Shown here piece after piece: positions 61,361 through 64,000 of a stretch of 64,000 nt of DNA. The position numbers and the translations under genes were made by a program. This DNA comes from the human T2T-CHM13v2.0 reference genome, Homo sapiens: assembly GCF_009914755.1 (NCBI RefSeq), contig NC_060931.1; one strand, written 5' to 3'. The number at the start of each line of letters is the position of its first letter. Positions within the stretch are counted from its first letter, which is position 1. The notes under the pieces are model-generated. The model had not been told where the DNA came from and did not search any database. It worked only from the letters and a program-made list of their open reading frames with translations.

Positions 61361-62004
61361 GGAACGACTCTGCAAATTGCTTTTACAGAATCAAGATGGA
61401 AAAGAATATATATTTTATTTAAACAGCAAAACTCTTCCAAGTTAGTGTTTTACATAACAAATCTAGAATTGCTGTTTCCTTACCGTGTGATCTTGAAAGC
61501 TTCTCTGTGCTTCAGTCACTCCTCCTATATAATGCAGATAATCTTCCTTGCCACCCGCATGGCTCATAGAAGACTATTTATAGGGATAATGGGATGCGGG
61601 TGGTGTATCTATTTAATTTATTTGGAAAAGAAAGATGCTATGTAAACACACAGCATCCTTATTATTCCAAGCGGTAGCATTTTGGATAATTACCGTATAA
61701 TGCTGCACCTTTGTGTGTGTGTGGTTTGTTTCTTTATAGAAAGGCAAGTGCTAATGTTAAGTTTCTCTAATAACTTTAGAAGCAATTTTAATCCAGCAGA
61801 CAAAACAAAATAATCTTTAGAGTAAGTTAAATCCCTTTGTATTTGAGTAGATTTTGTTATTTACCAAGGTCTTAGGCAATTTCACCACAATTATGAAAAG
61901 TGGTGCCCAGCAAGCCCAGCTCTTCAGCAAATATCTGAAAGACACTGTTGCGGACAGCCTAGCAACTTCTTCCCAACAGATACAACTCAATCGTGCATGT
62001 ACGG

Positions 62005-62053
62005 GCACACGTATGTGTATGTGCATGTGTGTGTGTGTGCGCGCGCACACACA
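62005..62053. repeat. 49-bp alternating purine-pyrimidine tract with a 22-bp perfect palindrome (Z-DNA/cruciform-prone)
   Basis: tgtgtgtgcgcgcgcacacaca (62032-62053) equals its own reverse complement. Confidence 0.85.
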
Positions 62054-62112
62054 GGCCTGAGCCTGGGGCTTGCCAGAAAGAGCTGGGAACGAGCTGAAAC
62101 TGGCTAGCATAC

Positions 62113-62307
62113 CTGAGGCAGCTGTTACACCGTGGCGCCTGGATTCTTCTCTCAGACTCCAGGCTGGCTCCCCTCCTCCTCCACCTCCTTTTCATAGTCT
62201 CTAACTCTCTAACTGCCTTTCTTCTTCCTCCCTGCAACTTGGTCAGAGATTCCCATGGCCTGAGACTCTGGCCTTGTCCTGCCGCCAAACATTCTGGGAC
62301 TGGCTGG
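62113..62307 (-). other. Candidate minus-strand exon (first or internal)
   Basis: Donor CAG|GTATGC at 62113/62112; possible acceptor ttctttccccag|ccag at 62308/62307 downstream of a T-rich tract; about 180 bp from the X-box. Confidence 0.4.
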
Positions 62308-62485
62308 CTGGGGAAAGAACCCACACTGGTGGGAACATGAAGTCTCAGAAAACAAAACAAAACAAAAAAAACGACCCCAAGAACTCTTATCTGTTTCATC
62401 TTTCCTTCCTCCCATTCATTCTCTTTCTCTCTCTCTCTCTCTTTCTCTTTCTCATTTTGATTTTTGTGCTGGAGATTAGCCAGGA

Positions 62486-62499
62486 ATTGCCATGGCAAC
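62486..62499. promoter_or_regulatory. RFX X-box
   Basis: ATTGCCATGGCAAC: 13/14 match to the palindromic X-box GTTGCCATGGCAAC, in a non-repeat, locally GC-richer segment. Confidence 0.65.
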
Positions 62500-64000
62500 C
62501 AGGGAACGTGACAGTTCAAGGCAGATCTGCTCTTGGGTCCTGAAATTTGCTTTATCAACAAGACAGAGTCTATCAACTTGACCTGGGGCTTGCCAAGGCA
62601 GTCCAGCCGTTCACAAATAAAAGAGGCAGCCTGTTTAAGGAGCCCATACGAATCTCTCCTTTCCCCGCAGAAGTATGCTGCTCCAGGAGATGCCAAAAGA
62701 GCAGGGAGGTTAATAGTAAATAGTTAGAAGAGTTTTTTAAAAAAACATTAGACAACAAGAAACTACTTTTTCAGTTCAATCTGGCCTCTCATAGTTTGAG
62801 GTAGTTTTCCATAGGCTGCCACTGGAATTGGATACAATTGGTAGAGCCAACCAGAATGAAATGTTCCCAGGATGAAAAGAATGCCAATGCCAAACCAGCA
62901 GGGGAGAAGCAAAGAACCCTAGACCCCTGGAGGCCCTAGTGCCTTTGACAAGGGTAAAAGGTATGTATTGGCAGTGGAAAGGCCAATGATACTAATCCTA
63001 AGAAATAGTCTCTGGTTACATTTCAGGGACTCAAGGCCCACTGACAGAAAAGAGCAATTACTTACAGTCATACTTTTTTTTAATTTGACAAAGAACCCAA
63101 TCATGATGGATTAGGTACATTTAATATCTCAATTAATAAGCCCTCTACAATATTAACATGTCAACTTGGTTCAAGAAATCCACTCCAGTTGATAGTCATC
63201 CAGGAAACGTCTTTCATACCCACATATTAAATTTAATCTGCCACCCCTGTTTTATAAGACTTTGTATTCATCTGCTGAAGAAAAGATGCTTATTTTATCA
63301 TTCCAATTTAACAGCTTGCTTAGCAAAGTTGATAGGTAGGAGTTTAGAAGATATTCGTTGAATGCCTATTTTGTATATTTACAAAAGAGGTAGATTTAAG
63401 GGAGTTACCCAGAAGCAATATTTTTTTGTCCCACTGTTATCCTATTGGTCTTCCTTTCATTCGGCAGATTTATCTGTCATGAAGAATTTAAGTTTCATAT
63501 TTTCCTCTGTCAGTTGTGAAAAGGCCTGTCAGCTGGGGCTTACACTACAGTTTGCCAAAAGGCCTATAGCACACAATGACAATACAATCTTATATTTGTG
63601 CTCCCAGTCTCCAGATAATCCCCCACTTTCCTCCTCTGCAGCCTAGTTATGATCAGGTTTAAGTTGCATATTGTGTTTTTAGCCAGATTTTGCTGATAAA
63701 TGCTATCAGCAAGACTGAAATGAAATACAGCAGGTTAAGCTCTTATTACCAGTGTAAAACATGCCTTGCGAGTTTCGTGTGTGATATAGAGACAGTAGTT
63801 GCATAAAACCATTTAATTCACAGAAACTAAATATAGGAATGTTAATGGCTTTGGCTTTTATCCACTGAATGTTCGAAGATCTTTTATTCATATACCTGAA
63901 AATATAGACCTTTGATTAACATTCTATGGAGATGTGCCTGAGATACCAGGCCATTTGCCACATTGTTTCCAGGGTGGACTCAATTTTGAAAGAAAACTGT

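Noticed and set aside
61959-62696. 245-aa minus-strand ORF as a single-exon gene
   Set aside because: It runs through (GA)n, T-rich and (CA)n low-complexity tracts that suppress stops, crosses a likely splice donor, and resembles no protein I recognise.

Overview
AT-rich, CpG-poor primate (most likely human, given an AluYa5-type element) intronic/intergenic DNA, roughly half interspersed repeats. It contains Alus, L1s of several ages including a near-full-length L1PB, L2, MIR, MaLR/ERVL LTRs, a complete THE1D provirus and MER DNA transposons. I recognise no host protein-coding exon and cannot name the locus. No prokaryotic-type system (CRISPR etc.) is present. The most notable items are: (1) a THE1D provirus whose 464-codon internal ORF is still open although its LTRs differ by about 14%; (2) a ~200-bp unique-looking sequence present twice around that provirus, with a perfectly conserved 31-bp core holding a DR1-like motif; (3) an ancient ~410-bp inverted-repeat/hairpin; (4) a promoter-like module at 62-63 kb with an RFX X-box, a Z-DNA-prone palindrome and splice signals on both strands; (5) an Ets-IRF/octamer/E-box cluster at 10.7 kb; (6) several well-formed plus-strand exon candidates that suggest a spliced non-coding transcript. 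Repeat subfamily names come from recalled consensus sequences and need RepeatMasker/Dfam confirmation. Boundaries of old repeats are approximate.
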